DNA from: Octopus bimaculoides
Taxonomy: Eukaryota
Length of the DNA: 64,000 nt
Direction of reading: 5' to 3'
NCBI RefSeq assembly: GCF_001194135.2
Contig: NC_068990.1
Location: 37,525,417 to 37,589,416 of the forward strand
Both the position numbers and the translations under genes were made by a program. Positions 23,485-38,255 of this stretch are shown in pieces (the stretch's first letter is position 1; the number at the start of each line of letters is the position of its first letter). The notes under the pieces were generated by a model, which saw nothing but the letters and a program-made list of their open reading frames with translations, made no database searches and was not told where the DNA came from.

Positions 23485-24147
23485 TATGTATGTATATAAA
23501 ACAGAAAAAACTACTTAACGGTGGTTTATTTTTTTTCATTATATACTGTATTCATTATCATCGATATTATCAACATCATCATCATTAACATCATTATCAC
23601 CAAACACACACACACACACATCCTACCATTGCTGCCATTCTTGTCATCGTCATCTTAATTGTTGTCATGTTCATCAACATCTCATGATCAGCATCACCAT
23701 CACCATCATAACTGTTGTCCCCTTCATCTTCACTACCACAACCATTATCATCATCCCCATCATCATAACACCCATTATAATCACGATTTTTTTTTTTTTT
23801 TTTTACCTGTTACCTTACTTGTACCTGATTTATCTGCCATTAGTTCCTACAGTCTCTATTTTACTACATCTGTCACAATGACCAACTGGAAATAATCAAA
23901 GACCTTCCATGGATGTATCCATTTATTTTTTTATATATATTTATTCATTTGTTTGTTTTTGACTATTTCTTTCATTTTTTTTTCTTTTTATTTGCTTTTA
24001 CTGAATAGACAATAAATACTGATTACCTTAAATATGTTTCCCTAATTTCATGTTGAATTATCCACTGTTTTCTTGTGTTTTTATGTAATGTGTCTCCTAC
24101 CACTCTATCTCTCTCTCTCTGTATTTGTGTGTTTGTGTATATTGAGT

Positions 24148-24563
24148 GGAGGAGTGGCTGTGTGGTCAGTAGCTTGCTTACCAACCACATTCTTCTGGGT
24201 TCAGTCCCACTGAATGGCACCTTGGGCAAGTGTCTTCTACTATAGCCTCAGGTCGACCAAAGCCTTGTGAGTAGATTTGGTAGATGGAAATGGAAAGAAG
24301 CCCGTTGTATATATGTATATATATATGTATGCGTGTGTATATGTTTGTGTGTCTGTGTTTGTCCCCCCAACATCACTTGACAACCGATGGTGGAGTGTTT
24401 ACGTCCCTGTAACCTAGCGGTTCGGCAAAATAGACCGATAGAATAAGTACTAGGCTTACAAAGAATAAGTCCTGGAGTCAATTTGCTCGACTAAAGGCAG
24501 TGCTCCAGCATGGCCACAGTCAAATGACTGAAACAAGTAAAAGAGTAAAAAGAGTAAAGAGTA
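24148..24563 (+). mobile_element. Full-length tRNA-derived SINE family A
   Basis: A-box-like TGGCTGTGTGG, B-box-like GGTTCAGTCCC, an internal (TA/TG)n tract and an (AAGAGTA)n tail. Homologous to many partial copies in the window. Confidence 0.9.
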
Positions 24564-25472
24564 TACATATATATATATATTGAAATCACAATCTAACAAT
24601 CATGGTTTCAATCCCAAGCCCAGTTGGTGCATTCTGTTCTTGAGCAAAACACTTCACCTCCCTTTGCTCTGCAATCACTTCGACACCTGATGTATGGTAC
24701 TCCATGCACCTGTTCAGACAATGTGAATTTGATGGAGAGAGTGAGTTAATATGTGGCACAAACATTTAATCACTACAAACAAATCATTTGTCCTGGTCAT
24801 TCAGCAAAAGCTAAATGCTCATACACTGTCTTTGAAAGGAAAGTTCATCATATATAGGCTATTCTCCTAACTTGTGCTTCTTTCTTTCTTCTTGTTTCAG
24901 CTGGACAGGGAAGACGTATTGTTCTCTGTCTCCTGTCCAGACTTGTTTCTTTGTATTCACCACCACAACCTTGTTTAGGCTTAGCAGCCCTTCCTGTCTG
25001 TTTTCACTGTCCTGTTTGTGTCACCAATCTTGACCCTCCGCAAGATCGCAAATTTCATTTAATTTGCTTTGCGAGAGCAACCGTTTTATCGAAGGCATAT
25101 CTTGTCGTGAATTGCTCGAAATACGGATTAGAAAAACAACCGACAACTGATGAAGGGTCGTTCCTTGTGTTGCTTGTCTTGTTTTCCATTTGTTTCTTTT
25201 GTTGCTTGCAAAAAATTCCCTTATTTCATGTCCTCGTACATTGTATTTTTTGTTGTTTATGTTTTGTAACATCCTGTGCCCATATATGCATATGTATATA
25301 TGTATACATATAAGTATGTACGTATACGTATGTATATATGTATATATATATATTATTTATATTATTAAACATATATATATATATTGGTAGACAGACAGAC
25401 ATATAAATAGAGCGATTGAAAGAGATATATATAGATAGAGCGATTGAAAGAGATATATATAGATAGAAAGAT

Positions 25473-25506
<34 letters not shown>

Positions 25507-25520
25507 GTATGTATATATAA

Positions 25521-25572
<52 letters not shown>

Positions 25573-26770
25573 ATGTATATATAAAGCCTTCACAGTATCT
25601 AAGTGTAAGGATAACAGCTGTAGAATGTGTCAATACATGCATACTGGTAGATCCATTAGACATTGGTCTAGTAACATCTACTAATTCACTGGTGTAGTTC
25701 ATAGGTGCCCGCATGGTTGTGTGGTAGGAGGCTATTTTCCAATCACATGGTTCTGGGTTCAGTTCTAGCATCTAGAACCTTAGGCAAGTGCCATAAACTA
25801 TATACCCACTGGCCAACCAAAGCCTTGTGAGTGGATTTGGTCTATGGGAACTGAAAGAAATCTCCCATCACTGCCTGACAACCAGTGTTGGTGTCTTTAC
25901 ATCCCCGTAACTTAACTGTTCAATAGAAGTGACTGATTTCATAAGTACCAGGCTTAAGAGAAAAAAAAAAGAAAAAAGGAAAAACAATGACTGAAACAAG
26001 TAAAAGAAAGGGAAAAAATCTTTATCTATAGAACCTGTAAAGTATATTTTTCTTCATTTTACAATCCATACAAATGGCATGCAGTCATTCCTCCATGGCT
26101 GATATATTATCAGTTCTAAGCATAAAATATTATTAACCAAATCTAGAAATCTTACCTATTCAACTATATAGTTAGCTTATAGTTCAGGATATCTTGCTGA
26201 ACTGATCCTTAAAAAAAATACTTACTTACAGGGGAGATGGGGTTCACTCATAATGATCTTAATTCTAACCATGCATTTTCATTTTATATTGTATGCCTCA
26301 ATTTTTGTAGTTATTTGTAGTTAGACGTGTTTTATGCATTTACAACTATTTAATTTGACTGTATCATATGATAAGTATTCATGTTACCAAAGAAAAATAT
26401 TCTATTTGCAGCTTCTATCCAGTAAAATAAATCAACACTATCACATTTCAGTTTTACTTTTCCTTTGCTTCTCAGATATAAATTTTGAACAAATGAAGGA
26501 AAACATTATATCTTTATCTATTTTCTAATAAGCATCACCCTCAACCATATTCATTGCTGTTCTAATCTATATTTGTTCAAGAATCCTCACATTTTATGAA
26601 ATAAAGCACAATTTTTTACATGGATATAAATTTCTGTTGCTTTTTATATGTTCTCTTAATTGAACCAAATAAAGTTTAAATCAAATTTTTATTAAAATAT
26701 TGAACATCATTCCTTAAAAACAATTCATTTTCTGAGTAGATAATACACAAATTCATGTGTGTATGTGTGC

Positions 26771-26818
<48 letters not shown>

Positions 26819-27302
26819 TCATCATTTAATGACCATTGTCCATGCTGGTGTGGGTTGGACGGTTTGACCATGGCTGGCAAGCTGGAAGGCTGCAGCAGAT
26901 GATGATGATTATATATATATGTATATATATGTTTACATACACAAACAAAGAAAAGCAGTGGAAAAGTGGATATATATATATATGTAATACTGACCACCAT
27001 GACAACACTTCAGCTAGTGATTCATAAGAGAAGGGAACAGCTCTTTGCTTATCATATGCTTTCAGCTGTGTCCATATATGGCATATACTTCTCATATATG
27101 TGTTATGTAGAGCTGACAGAGGTTATCAACTGCTGTGCTTCTTCATGTGTATCTAAGTTGCACTGAACCATGGATTATCCTATTGGATATCTGTTTTATA
27201 AGCAAGTGTCAGATGTGTCAATTGTTCTCAGTTTCAGTTAATAAAATGAGAAAAATACAGAGCATACAAAAAAGACTAGATATCATATGTTCACACACAC
27301 AC

Positions 27303-27365
<63 letters not shown>

Positions 27366-27832
27366 ATTTACACATCTACACACATGCGATACACACATTT
27401 ATACACACACAGGCACCCATACAGGGTGATGCAGAAAGACATTGATTTTTACATTCCTAATAAGCAAAATCTACTTCGAAACAGATGTGCACATATAAAT
27501 TTTTATATGTCAATGTGGTTAAGAAGCTTGCTCTGTAACCAAGTTGCTTGGGGTTCAGTTCCACTTCATGGCACCTTGGACAAGTTTTCTACTATAGCCC
27601 AGGGCTAGTCTATGTTTTCTGAATGAATTTGCTAGACAGGAATTGTGTGGAAGCCTGCTATATACACAGCCACTCCTATATATATATATATATATTCTTT
27701 TCTTTTCTGCTCTTGGCAGAAGGCCTGAAATGTTTGAGGAGGGGCCAGTAAATTAGACCAACCCCAGTGTGCAACTGGTACTTAATTTTTCGACCTCAAA
27801 GGGTTGAAAGGCAAAGTCAACCTTGGTGACTT

Positions 27833-28014
27833 TCACAAGAAAACAAATATGTGAATTAATGTACACTTACTTTGTATTCAATATTTCGGTGTTATGACCC
27901 CATTTTCCAGAAATTGACTGTAACAGTCGTCAATTTCTTGAAAATGGGGTCATAACCCCGAAACATTGAATATAAGGTAAGTCTACATTAATTCACATAT
28001 TTGTTTTCTTGTGA
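27833..28014. mobile_element. 182-bp fold-back (hairpin) element / MITE
   Basis: The arms TCACAAGAAAACAAATATGTGAATTAATGTA...GAAATTGAC and GTCAATTTC...TACATTAATTCACATATTTGTTTTCTTGTGA pair along almost the whole length with few mismatches. Confidence 0.85.
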
Positions 28015-28103
28015 TTTGCCTTGCATTTAGTTCACATTGTTTTGGCCTTACCCATAATCCTTTATACAATATACTCCACACACTGCTTCATAGTAATTAT
28101 TCC

Positions 28104-28152
<49 letters not shown>

Positions 28153-28169
28153 AGAGAGANNNNNNNNNN

Positions 28170-28209
<40 letters not shown>

Positions 28210-28244
28210 AGAGAGAGAGACATAGATAGATAGATAGGATAGAA

Positions 28245-28475
28245 ATGTGGTGAGCTGGCAGAAACGTTAGCATGCTGGGCAAAATGCTTAGCAGTATTTC
28301 GTCTGCCATTAAATTCTGAGTTCAAATTCTGCCGAGGTCAACTTTGCCTTTCATCCTTTTGGGGTCGATAAATTAAGTACCAGTTACACACTGGGGTCGA
28401 TGTAATCAACTTAATTCCTTCGTCTGTCCTTGTTTGTCCCCTCTATGTTTAGCTCCTTGTGAGCAATAAAGAAAT

Positions 28476-28480
<5 letters not shown>
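28245..28480 (+). mobile_element. Full-length SINE family B
   Basis: Head GGTGAGCTGGCAGAAACGTTAGC...GAGTTCAAATTC and core GCCTTTCATCCTTTTGGGGTCGATAAATTAAGTACCAG; followed by (GATA)n. Confidence 0.85.
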
Positions 28481-28520
<40 letters not shown>

Positions 28521-31057
28521 TAGATAGGTATTTCATATGTTAAGCCACACGGAGGAAATGACAATATGCTGAGATGCCTGGTGATATGAAGCTCTTGAGA
28601 AAACCTGCCCACATCAGTGAAACTGGATTCTGGAAGCACTGTGTATTTCACTCACATTTAACATAAGCTCATACACCTTACCTCAATTAAACCAACTACA
28701 TCTCTTCATCCTCTCTTCTTCTCGCACTATGCTTATCTTCTCCTCCACACTCCTGTACCCCAATCCTGTCCTCCCCACTGCCAACTGTACCAGTGCTATC
28801 CTGTCACCACCTCCTATATACCTGTTTCACCACTCACATTGTTTCACCTTTCCCTCCACTCCCCTCTTTTTCCAATTTTTGAAACTCCTCACTCACTCAC
28901 TCACCCTAGGTAATCCATTACCATTTCTATTATATTCGCATCCTTACACCTCGAGAGTATGCCTTGGCACACCACCACCTTGTCTCTCTCTTTCTCCAAC
29001 TGAGATAACTATGTACCTCCTCTACAGTAGGACACTTGTTTCTGTCCCTCAATCATTTTCTGACCTTTCATCACCTTGTACAAATCCACTTCCTTCAATA
29101 ACCACCCCCTCTTGAAGGATATTTGTCTTGCAGAGTTACTTGGCAACCGTGTTGGAGCTGGTGTCATGTAAAACACTCTCGGTCCACACTGTAAAGTGGG
29201 TGGCATCCAGCTGTGAAAACCATGCCAAAGTAGAGAATAGAGCTTGGTGCAGTCCTCTAGCTTACTAGCTCTTATCAACCCATCAAATTCAAGGCACCTA
29301 GACTCACACCTTCGTTGTGAACAGGAATTAATCTTCTTTCTCCGTTCTTTTGCACCATATGGGCTCAACTCACTTCCTCTCTTCATCTGACACCAATCCC
29401 ACATGTATTCCCACTCACCTCCCACACATACTATTCAACTTATCACTCACTTCACACACCATTACACATACACCCACAACACCTTCCTATTCCACACACA
29501 CTTTGCAGCACCCACACAACACACCATCATTCACACATACAATCTTCAATAGTATCACCACACATACCACTATATGAGCAGCCACATACACACAGTTTAA
29601 CACAGTACACACACCACATACCACCATGCACACTCCCACACCCACACGTCAAACTCACTCAGCCCCATTCACACATACATGCTCACACACATATACCATA
29701 CTCACATACACACATATGCTTGTGCCCTTCTTGTTGGGATCACCATAAATTATCTCCCCTTCATTCAACTTCTCTTTATTATTATCACCCTGTCATTCAA
29801 CCACTTTTTCCCAATCATTTACCATGTTTGACCACTGAACTCAACACATTTTTTATCATTCTCACTGTTTATTTCCTCTTATTTCTTTCTATCAAAGAGC
29901 ATAGGCTCAAAACGTAAAAGATTTTTTACATATTTCTCCAGCATCAAACTAATACACTTGCTTGTTGTTCCTACACCTGTCTTTGTGTTTATTATTTTTA
30001 TAAATTTGAACTCTCTCTCTCTATATATATATATATCTATCTCTCTCTCTCTAATATATATATATATATATATAAAGTTATTTTAACATTATTGTCCTGA
30101 CTGCCACCGTAATCACCATAATCGACACCAACTGCTTAGATCCATTTTTTTTCTCTATTCTGGCAGCTCTTGAATATGTGTGTATGTTTATCTGTGCATG
30201 TGTGTGTGCTTATATTCAGTTCATTTCTGCTTGAAAATGCATTACACATCCCAGCTAATGTATTTTTTACTGTTTATTGACAAGAATATCAGTTTATTCT
30301 GGTCTATGACTAAACGGAGTGAACCCTCTCTCTGACGAAGTGTCACTATGACAAAACGTGTGTTTGGTAGTAGAAAGACATTGTTCAGAGACTTGCTTGA
30401 TGAGTTTTGATGCAAATATCAGATATTTCTCCAAATAATAAGATATTTCTCCGACAGTATCGCTGCAATATATGTCTCTTCAATTTGAGTGAACTCAAGC
30501 ATTTTAAATATAAATACAGACAATTTAATTGTTATCGTTACTTCTAACGTGCTTGTAATTAATTCATAAACCTTTATCACATTCCAGCAAATGTACGTTT
30601 TGCTGCTTACATACAGGAAATGCAATTTCCACTGTGTTTAAAAGGACTGAAGTAATGTCTGTCATGATGAAACATAACCAGCAGAGATGTTTGTCTGACA
30701 GAGCAGTGGCATCACTCTGAGCCCACCTTGATATGTTTCTACATACATAAACCATGAGAAGAATATAGTCTCCAAAACAACTATAGCAAATGTCTTTCGG
30801 TATTTGAGTGTATATAAGTGAGTCAAATATAAACATACCACACTTTATTATACATAACATATATATAAATATATATATATATATACATACACACACATAC
30901 ACACATATATACATACATAGATATACATGCATATATATGTATGTATATACATATGGATCTATCTCTCTATCTACACACACATATCTATGCATATGTATAT
31001 ATATATACATACATATATGTATGTATACATATATGTATGTATACATGTATGCATATA

Positions 31058-31111
<54 letters not shown>

Positions 31112-31522
31112 NNNNNNNNNNTATATATTTATATATATATGTACATATATATATTTATATATATATGTACATATATATATTTATATATATACTTATTTAT
31201 AGACACCCACACATATAAACATGACACATTTACATATATGTGTATGTGTGTATGTGTGTGTGTGTGCAGTTATATAGATATGTCATCTTGATCAGCATCA
31301 TCAATGAAAATATGTCACATTTTATTTCAGTATATCCTGGTGATGTGGTGTAGAATCTTCGATTTTCACTTATTTTTCATTCTATTCTCTTATTGATTTC
31401 TACATTTATTTGATAATTCTTATTTTTTAGTCATACATCAAACTTGATTTCTTTCTTGTTGCTTTTTTTTTTTGTATTGTAAATTTGCTGTTTTGCAGAT
31501 AAAAAAATCACATTATATACAA

Positions 31523-31567
<45 letters not shown>

Positions 31568-31876
31568 TACACACACACTAACACACAGATATATTTATTT
31601 TATATACACATATATGTGAAATGTCTATGTGGTTATGTGCATAACTGCTCCTAATTCTTCTTTGTATGTCTCTGTGTAGTCATATATATATGTCTGTATA
31701 CACACACATATATATATATAAATGTATGTATGTGTACATATATGTATGTGTATATATATATATGTGTATGTATATATGTATGTATATATATGTGTATGTA
31801 TATATATATATATATATATGTGTATGTATATATATATATATATATATATGTGTATGTATATATATGTATGTATATA

Positions 31877-31922
<46 letters not shown>

Positions 31923-33174
31923 TGTGTGTATGGATGTATATATATTTAATTGTTTGTTTGTTTGTGTCTGTGTGTCTGTGTATATATACAGAAAATGAAA
32001 ATGCACATATAAGGCACTGTAATTACTGGAATAAAAAACAAGAAATACTTTATTGTAAATATATAAATACATCTAACAGACTGCCTATCATCATCTTCAT
32101 CTTTATCCTCCCCTCCTCGTCCTCCCCATCCTACTTTCCTCCTACTACTCTTCATCATCATCATCTTCATCATCATCATCACCACCACCACCAATACAAA
32201 ATAGGTTGGATAGGGCTAGAATAGTTTTCCTCATAATGCTGCTTAGCCAAGGTTTACCTTGGTGCTTAAGCATCCATAATAACAACAAAAATATCCGTGT
32301 TCACCACACTAACTGCAGGTCAACAAATTTTTTTTTTAATGTGTAGATAAAAACTGAACATTCTCCTGAAAATTTCTTGGAAACAGATTTGTGATGGCTA
32401 TATACATATGCATATACATCTATGGTAACTTGTATAGATGTGTGTTTAAGAAGTTCGTTTCTCATCCACACAGTTCCAGATCAAGTACCAGTGTGGAGAT
32501 CTTTGAGCAATGAACTTCTGACACATCCTTAGTTTTACCAAATCAATTTGGGTGGAATTTGGTGAAAAGAAACTGTGTGGAAACCTACTCACACACATAC
32601 ACAATATATATAATATTCTTTTACTTGTTTCAGTCATTTGACTGCATCCATGCTGAACCACTGCCTATATATATATATATATATNNNNNNNNNNNNNNNN
32701 NNNNNNNNNNNNNNNNNNNNNNNNNNNNNNNNNNNNNNNNNNNNNNNNNNNNNNNNNNNNNNNNNNNNNNNNNNNNNNNNNNNNNNNNNNNNNNNNNNNN
32801 NNNNNNNNNNNNNNNNNNNNNNNNNNNNNNNNNNNNNNNNNNNNNNNNNNNNNNNNNNNNNNNNNNNNNNNNNNNNNNNNNNNNNNNNNNNNNNNNNNNN
32901 NNNNNNNNNNNNNNNNNNNNNNNNNNNNNNNNNNNNNNNNNNNNNNNNNNNNNNNNNNNNNNNNNNNNNNNNNNNNNNNNNNNNNNNNNNNNNNNNNNNN
33001 NNNNNNNNNNNNNNNNNNNNNNNNNNNNNNNNNNNNNNNNNNNNNNNNNNNNNNNNNNNNNNNNNNNNNNNNNNTGCATATGTTTGTGTGCCTGTGTTTG
33101 TACCCCCCCACCACCATTGCTTTTTACATCTCCGTAACTTCGCAGTTTGGCAAAAGAGACTGATAGAATAAGTA

Positions 33175-34566
33175 CTGTATATCAATTTAGATAAAATTTT
33201 TCCAAGCTGGTTTGCACACTATAGCAACACCATTGTTGTTTTCATTATTCTGTGTAATATCCTTTCTTTTTTATTTCAGATTCTTCAGTTTTTGGGTGAA
33301 CCACGCTAACAGCTTTTGAATGAAAATAGCCCATCTAGACTTTATTTTCAGAAAATGATGGTTAATAATACATATTAAGCATACATGGAGTATATCTTTA
33401 ACAGAAAACCATAATAATAATATAACATTCATTGAAATAATGAATTATTTAGCCACATTTGTGTCATTTCAATGGATAATTTCAAAAACCGAATTAGTCA
33501 TGGAATCTGTCAATTTCTTAATAGTAGCAGGTTGGACTGCTTCTGTTGCAGCTTTGATGGTCACCCATAAGATATCTTTCAATGTAAATTGACATCCATT
33601 GACATAAACATTTTGTTTAATGATGGACCAAAGATTTTCAATAGGGTTGAGATCTGAAGATGCTGGTGGCCATGCCATCAACCTTTCACCTTGTATGCCA
33701 TAAGACCCTAGTTATGGTTGGGTGACCTTAGCAAAGTGGGAGGGAGAATTGTTGTGCATGAATAAAAGATTCCTTAGAAATGACAGCAGTATGTCATCTA
33801 GCTAAGGATCCAAGACCTCTTGCAAGAGATTGCAGTAGGTGCCCTTCAGGAACCCTGACTGGACCAACAAATCTGTCCCCAAAGATACCAGCCCACAGTA
33901 TGACTCTTGTTCCCATTAATGTTGGTGACACTCATCTCCAAACTAGATTCAACCATTTGCCCAACCACCAGATTTCATCACCCTGGTTTCGTCATTGAAG
34001 AGAACACAACTCATGTCTAACGCCATGTACTTTTGGGCCAATTGAAGGCTCAAACTCCTGTGACAGGGCGTTAAAGGAGGTAGTTTCAGGGGTTCTTACA
34101 TGGAAGCCATGGTCCCAAGTATGCAATTTCTGGTGGTTTTCAGTATATGAGGAATTCTAGAGGTGGTGAAAACAGCTTCGTTTATTTGCCCAGTTTACCA
34201 TATAACTTGTATCCAATATTCCTTAAATCCCTAGCTGACACGGTCGTTGAAGTCCCACAATCAGATCATTTCTTCCTTGGCAAAGTATCCTTCAGGAATC
34301 ATCTAACTGTGCCCACATGATGGCCTAACTTCTCCGCAGTGACATGAAGAGAGGTGCCTTGATGATAAACTTTTCTTCATCGTTAAGGCCTTTTTCATAT
34401 CCCATTGTTCTTAAAGAGGAGAGATGTTATTTGCATGGTTCACCCAAAAGCTGAAGAATCTGAAATAAAAAAGAAAGGATGTAACACAAAATAATGAAAA
34501 TATAACATTGGTGTTGCCTTAATAAGCAAACCAGCCGGGAAAACTTTTATCAAAATCAATTCACAG
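33175..34566 (-). mobile_element. Full-length but decayed Tc1 (DD34E) transposon with ~130-bp TIRs
   Basis: 33175-33308 is an inverted repeat of 34432-34566. The transposase from ATG about 34405 reads MGYEKGLNDEEK...VLFNDETR...VILWAGIFGD...LFMHNNSPSH...WPPASSDLNPIENLWSIIK, with frameshifts and stops. Confidence 0.9.
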
Positions 34567-34597
34567 AAAACTGAGAAATCCTAAATTTCAGTCATAA

Positions 34598-34630
<33 letters not shown>

Positions 34631-36259
34631 TACAGGTGAGTATCCATGAAGTCTGATGGGCTTTATTTCTCTCTCTCTCGCTCTCTCTCTCTCTCTTTTT
34701 AGTAATTCTTAACTTCCTCAGTCTTTTTGTATTCCTTTTATGTGGAGCCTTGTTCATGTTTCCAGTTTTTTTTCTTGCATTCCTCCTCATGTTGTCCGTT
34801 TTTGTCTTCTTGTCAATTCATGTCAAGCATTGCCCTCTTCATGTTCTCGCAGCAGTTCAATGTTAAGCAATTCTCTACGACTCAGAATTTTTTCCATCTG
34901 TTTGACTTTCAGTTACCTGTAGAGGTCTATGAAAAGTTGGCTGTTCACTTCTTGAATCTTATTCTCTCTTTCTCTTACTCTGATACGTCTTTCTTATTAA
35001 CCCACTTCATTATTTTCCTTTTCTCTTTTATCAGTATATAATTTCCTTTGTTCTCTGAATCAACATCTGCCTCAACTACTTCTCATCATTTCTTAAGTTC
35101 CCCACATCACCACACATTCTGATATATCATACACAAATTTGTCTCTTTCTTTTTTCGGTCTCTATTGTTCATTTTCTAGATTGCTATTGTTTTTCTCTTA
35201 TGTTACAGCTCTATTGTAGATTTTTCTTCTTTCCACCTTTCCTATCCCTAATTCTTCCTCTTTCACCTTTTGCTCCCTCCCTCTATTTCACTATATGCAT
35301 ATCTAATTTGTCAATGACTCTCTCTCACTCTCCCTCTCTCTCACATTTTGTCGATCAACCATCTTTTTTTTAAGCTAACTAAACTACCTCTCTTTATAAA
35401 ACTTTCTTTCTCTCTCATTTATTTCTTTCAGCACAGCTGCTACTTCTCCTTTTATGTTCCTGTAGTGACAAAGAATTTTTGCAGCCAGTAAATCAAAAAT
35501 GATGGCATGTGACTTAGCATTCATCGATATACTGGTATGCATAGGAGAATGTTAGTGTATAAATGCATATATGTGTAAATTTGTGTGCATCATTTAAAGC
35601 TATTAACATAAGCATGAAGACACAAAAAGGGGCCTTATCAGTAAAGTCCCTTGAAATAACTCTGTGCTTTTTGATGGTTTATTTCTTGTATTTCATCTTA
35701 TGTTATCACTTTTTATCTTCTCTTCAATTCATGTCAAGTATTACCCTCTTCATGTTTTCTCTGCAGTTCAATGCAGAGCCTCCGGTTACTCTTGTATCAC
35801 TTCCACCATAAAAAATGCAAGGAACTAGTGAGTGACCTATTGGAAGCCTGTAGCCAGCATTGTTATCGCTTACTAATTTTGATATAAATTAATCACAAAA
35901 TAAATAAGTCAAATGGATGACTAGATGCGATGTTAGTTTATTTCACCATGGATATTTTATGGTTTATTTAAGAAGTGTGCAATTTTTGATATTTTTTAAT
36001 TTACATAGATGTCCAGAATATGTATCTGACAATTCTATATTGTTATTATCTCCATTCATTTCAAAGTTTTGTACATGACCAGTAATTTCAAGGGAGGGGG
36101 TGAGTTGATAACATCGACCCCCACCCCCACCCCGTTCAACTGGTACAAAAGAATAAAAGGCAAAATTGACCTTGGCAGCATTTGAATTCAGAACATAAAG
36201 ACAGGCTAAATACCAATACTCTGTTCGACAAATTGTAGTTTACATAGGTGTTTAAAATA

Positions 36260-36468
36260 TCATCATCATCATCATTGTTTAACGTCTGCTTTCCATGCTA
36301 GCATGGGTTGGACGATTTGACTGAGGACTGGTGAGACCAGATGGCTACACTAGGCTCTAATCTGATCTGGCAGAGTTTCTACAGCTGGATGCCCTTCCTA
36401 ATGCCAACCACTCCGAGAGTGTAGTGGGTGTTTTTACGTGCCACCGGCATGAAGGCCAGTCAGGCGGA
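36260..36468 (-). mobile_element. RTE 3' end copy
   Basis: Shared terminus and (CAT)n tail. Confidence 0.85.
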
Positions 36469-37902
36469 TATATATATCATTATTTTAAAAATGGGCAAAC
36501 TAAAACTAAGCACATGCTCTTAAAGCTACTTTAAACTAAAGTACCAACAAACAGATAGAGTCATTGAATAAGTATTTAACTAACTCTGCCCACTATATTG
36601 AGGTGCTGGCATGTTTGGTTAAGTACATTGATTTGTAATGACATGGTCCGTAGTAGTTCTTTCTCATTGCATGACACCTTGTGCATTTGTCTCCTACTTA
36701 AGCTTCAAATTAACCCATATCTTATAAACAAAACTGAATCAATAGAAAACGTTCATGAAAACTAGGACCTTATTCTTGAGCGAGAGTTCCTCTTTGCAGT
36801 TAGATGACATGCTAGAAATAATAGCCAAAACTGAGAAATGATTCATGGCTGTTGGGATTCACAGAGGGTATAATAGGGGACTGAGGCTCCTGGCAGTTTG
36901 CTGTGCTTGAAAAGGCACATCTAGCTAAGTAAAAGCGTGGTTGTCATTACATACAGGCTGTTCCCTGCATCCCACCCCAGTGAGCATTCCTAACCTTGCA
37001 GGCTAATGGGTGCTGGTGTCACATAAAAAGCACCTGTTGGATCTAAGGCAAAATGCTTCATCCACCTTTGCGTTCTGAGTTCAAATTTCACTGAGGTCAA
37101 CTATACCTTTCATCCTTTTGGAGCTGATAAAATAAGTACCAGTTGATCACTCAGGTCAATGTAACCAACTCCACTGAAATTGCCGGCCTTGTGCCAAAAT
37201 ATGAAACTGTTATTAATATTGAATCTCCTCAATACTTGAAGTCACATCCTTATAACTCAGTCATAGAGCTTACCCAATTTCTCTTAACATTAGACAAATT
37301 TAAGTAGAATATTTATCTTTGAAACCATGCTTCCTTCCCTTTATCTTTAGATGCAAAACTGTGATTTAAGAGAGATTTGACTACTATTTCTCACTGATTG
37401 ATTCACCCTATTGGTGGAAACACCCCACAGGAAACATGTAGTTAAATGAAAGAAATGAACTCAGCCAGAAACTGAACTCAAAATTGAGACCAAACTTGCA
37501 GAACAAGAATTTCTTTTAACCATTTCCAAGTGTTTACATGAGATTTACAAATATGAATAAAATCCATTAATTATGCGACAAAAAAAAAAATTGAAACCAA
37601 ACATAGTTTCACATTTAATGCAGCATTGATAAATAGAGTTAGTTTCATACTGTATGCAACTCTTTAGTTCTGAACACTCAACTGAAGTTAATTTACTGAT
37701 CTTCTTGTTTCGAATATAAATAATATTGAAAAAAATATTAAAATATTAAATAGTTAATGAAATGTCAGCCAAAATAAACAGAAATAGTGTCATTCGTTTG
37801 GTGTATACATACTGGAAATAAAACCGATAATTGAAATGCATACATACATAGACATATATATATATATATATGTGTGTGTTTATATATACATATGGACATA
37901 CA

Positions 37903-37947
<45 letters not shown>

Positions 37948-38255
37948 ATATATTAGTCTATAACATGCATAAATGTATACATAAACATGCACACATGAAA
38001 TATACATATATATACACACATGAATACATGTGTTTGTGTTTGTATAACTTATATTACATAGATAGATATACATAAATATATTTATATTCTGATATATATT
38101 TCTAGACATTTACATAAATGATGAAATAACTTTATATATAAATACGTGTGTATGTATAATTAATAATTATCTTTATGACTGTGAGTATATATGTCCACAC
38201 ACGCACATATCAAAATATACATATATACATACACAAATACATACATACATACATA

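Noticed and set aside
25115-25157. Type II hammerhead (CGAAATAC...CTGATGAAGGG)
   Set aside because: Both boxes are present, but stems I and III and an NUH site cannot be built convincingly. The surrounding 24945-25280 looks like an unclassified dispersed repeat.
26990-27180. Decayed zinc-finger array on the minus strand (IHMKKH, CQL, KHMISK fragments)
   Set aside because: It needs several frameshifts and stops to assemble and is not distinguishable from chance.
30645-30680. Second hammerhead-like motif CTGAAGTA...GATGAAACATA
   Set aside because: The core box is interrupted and stems I and II do not pair.
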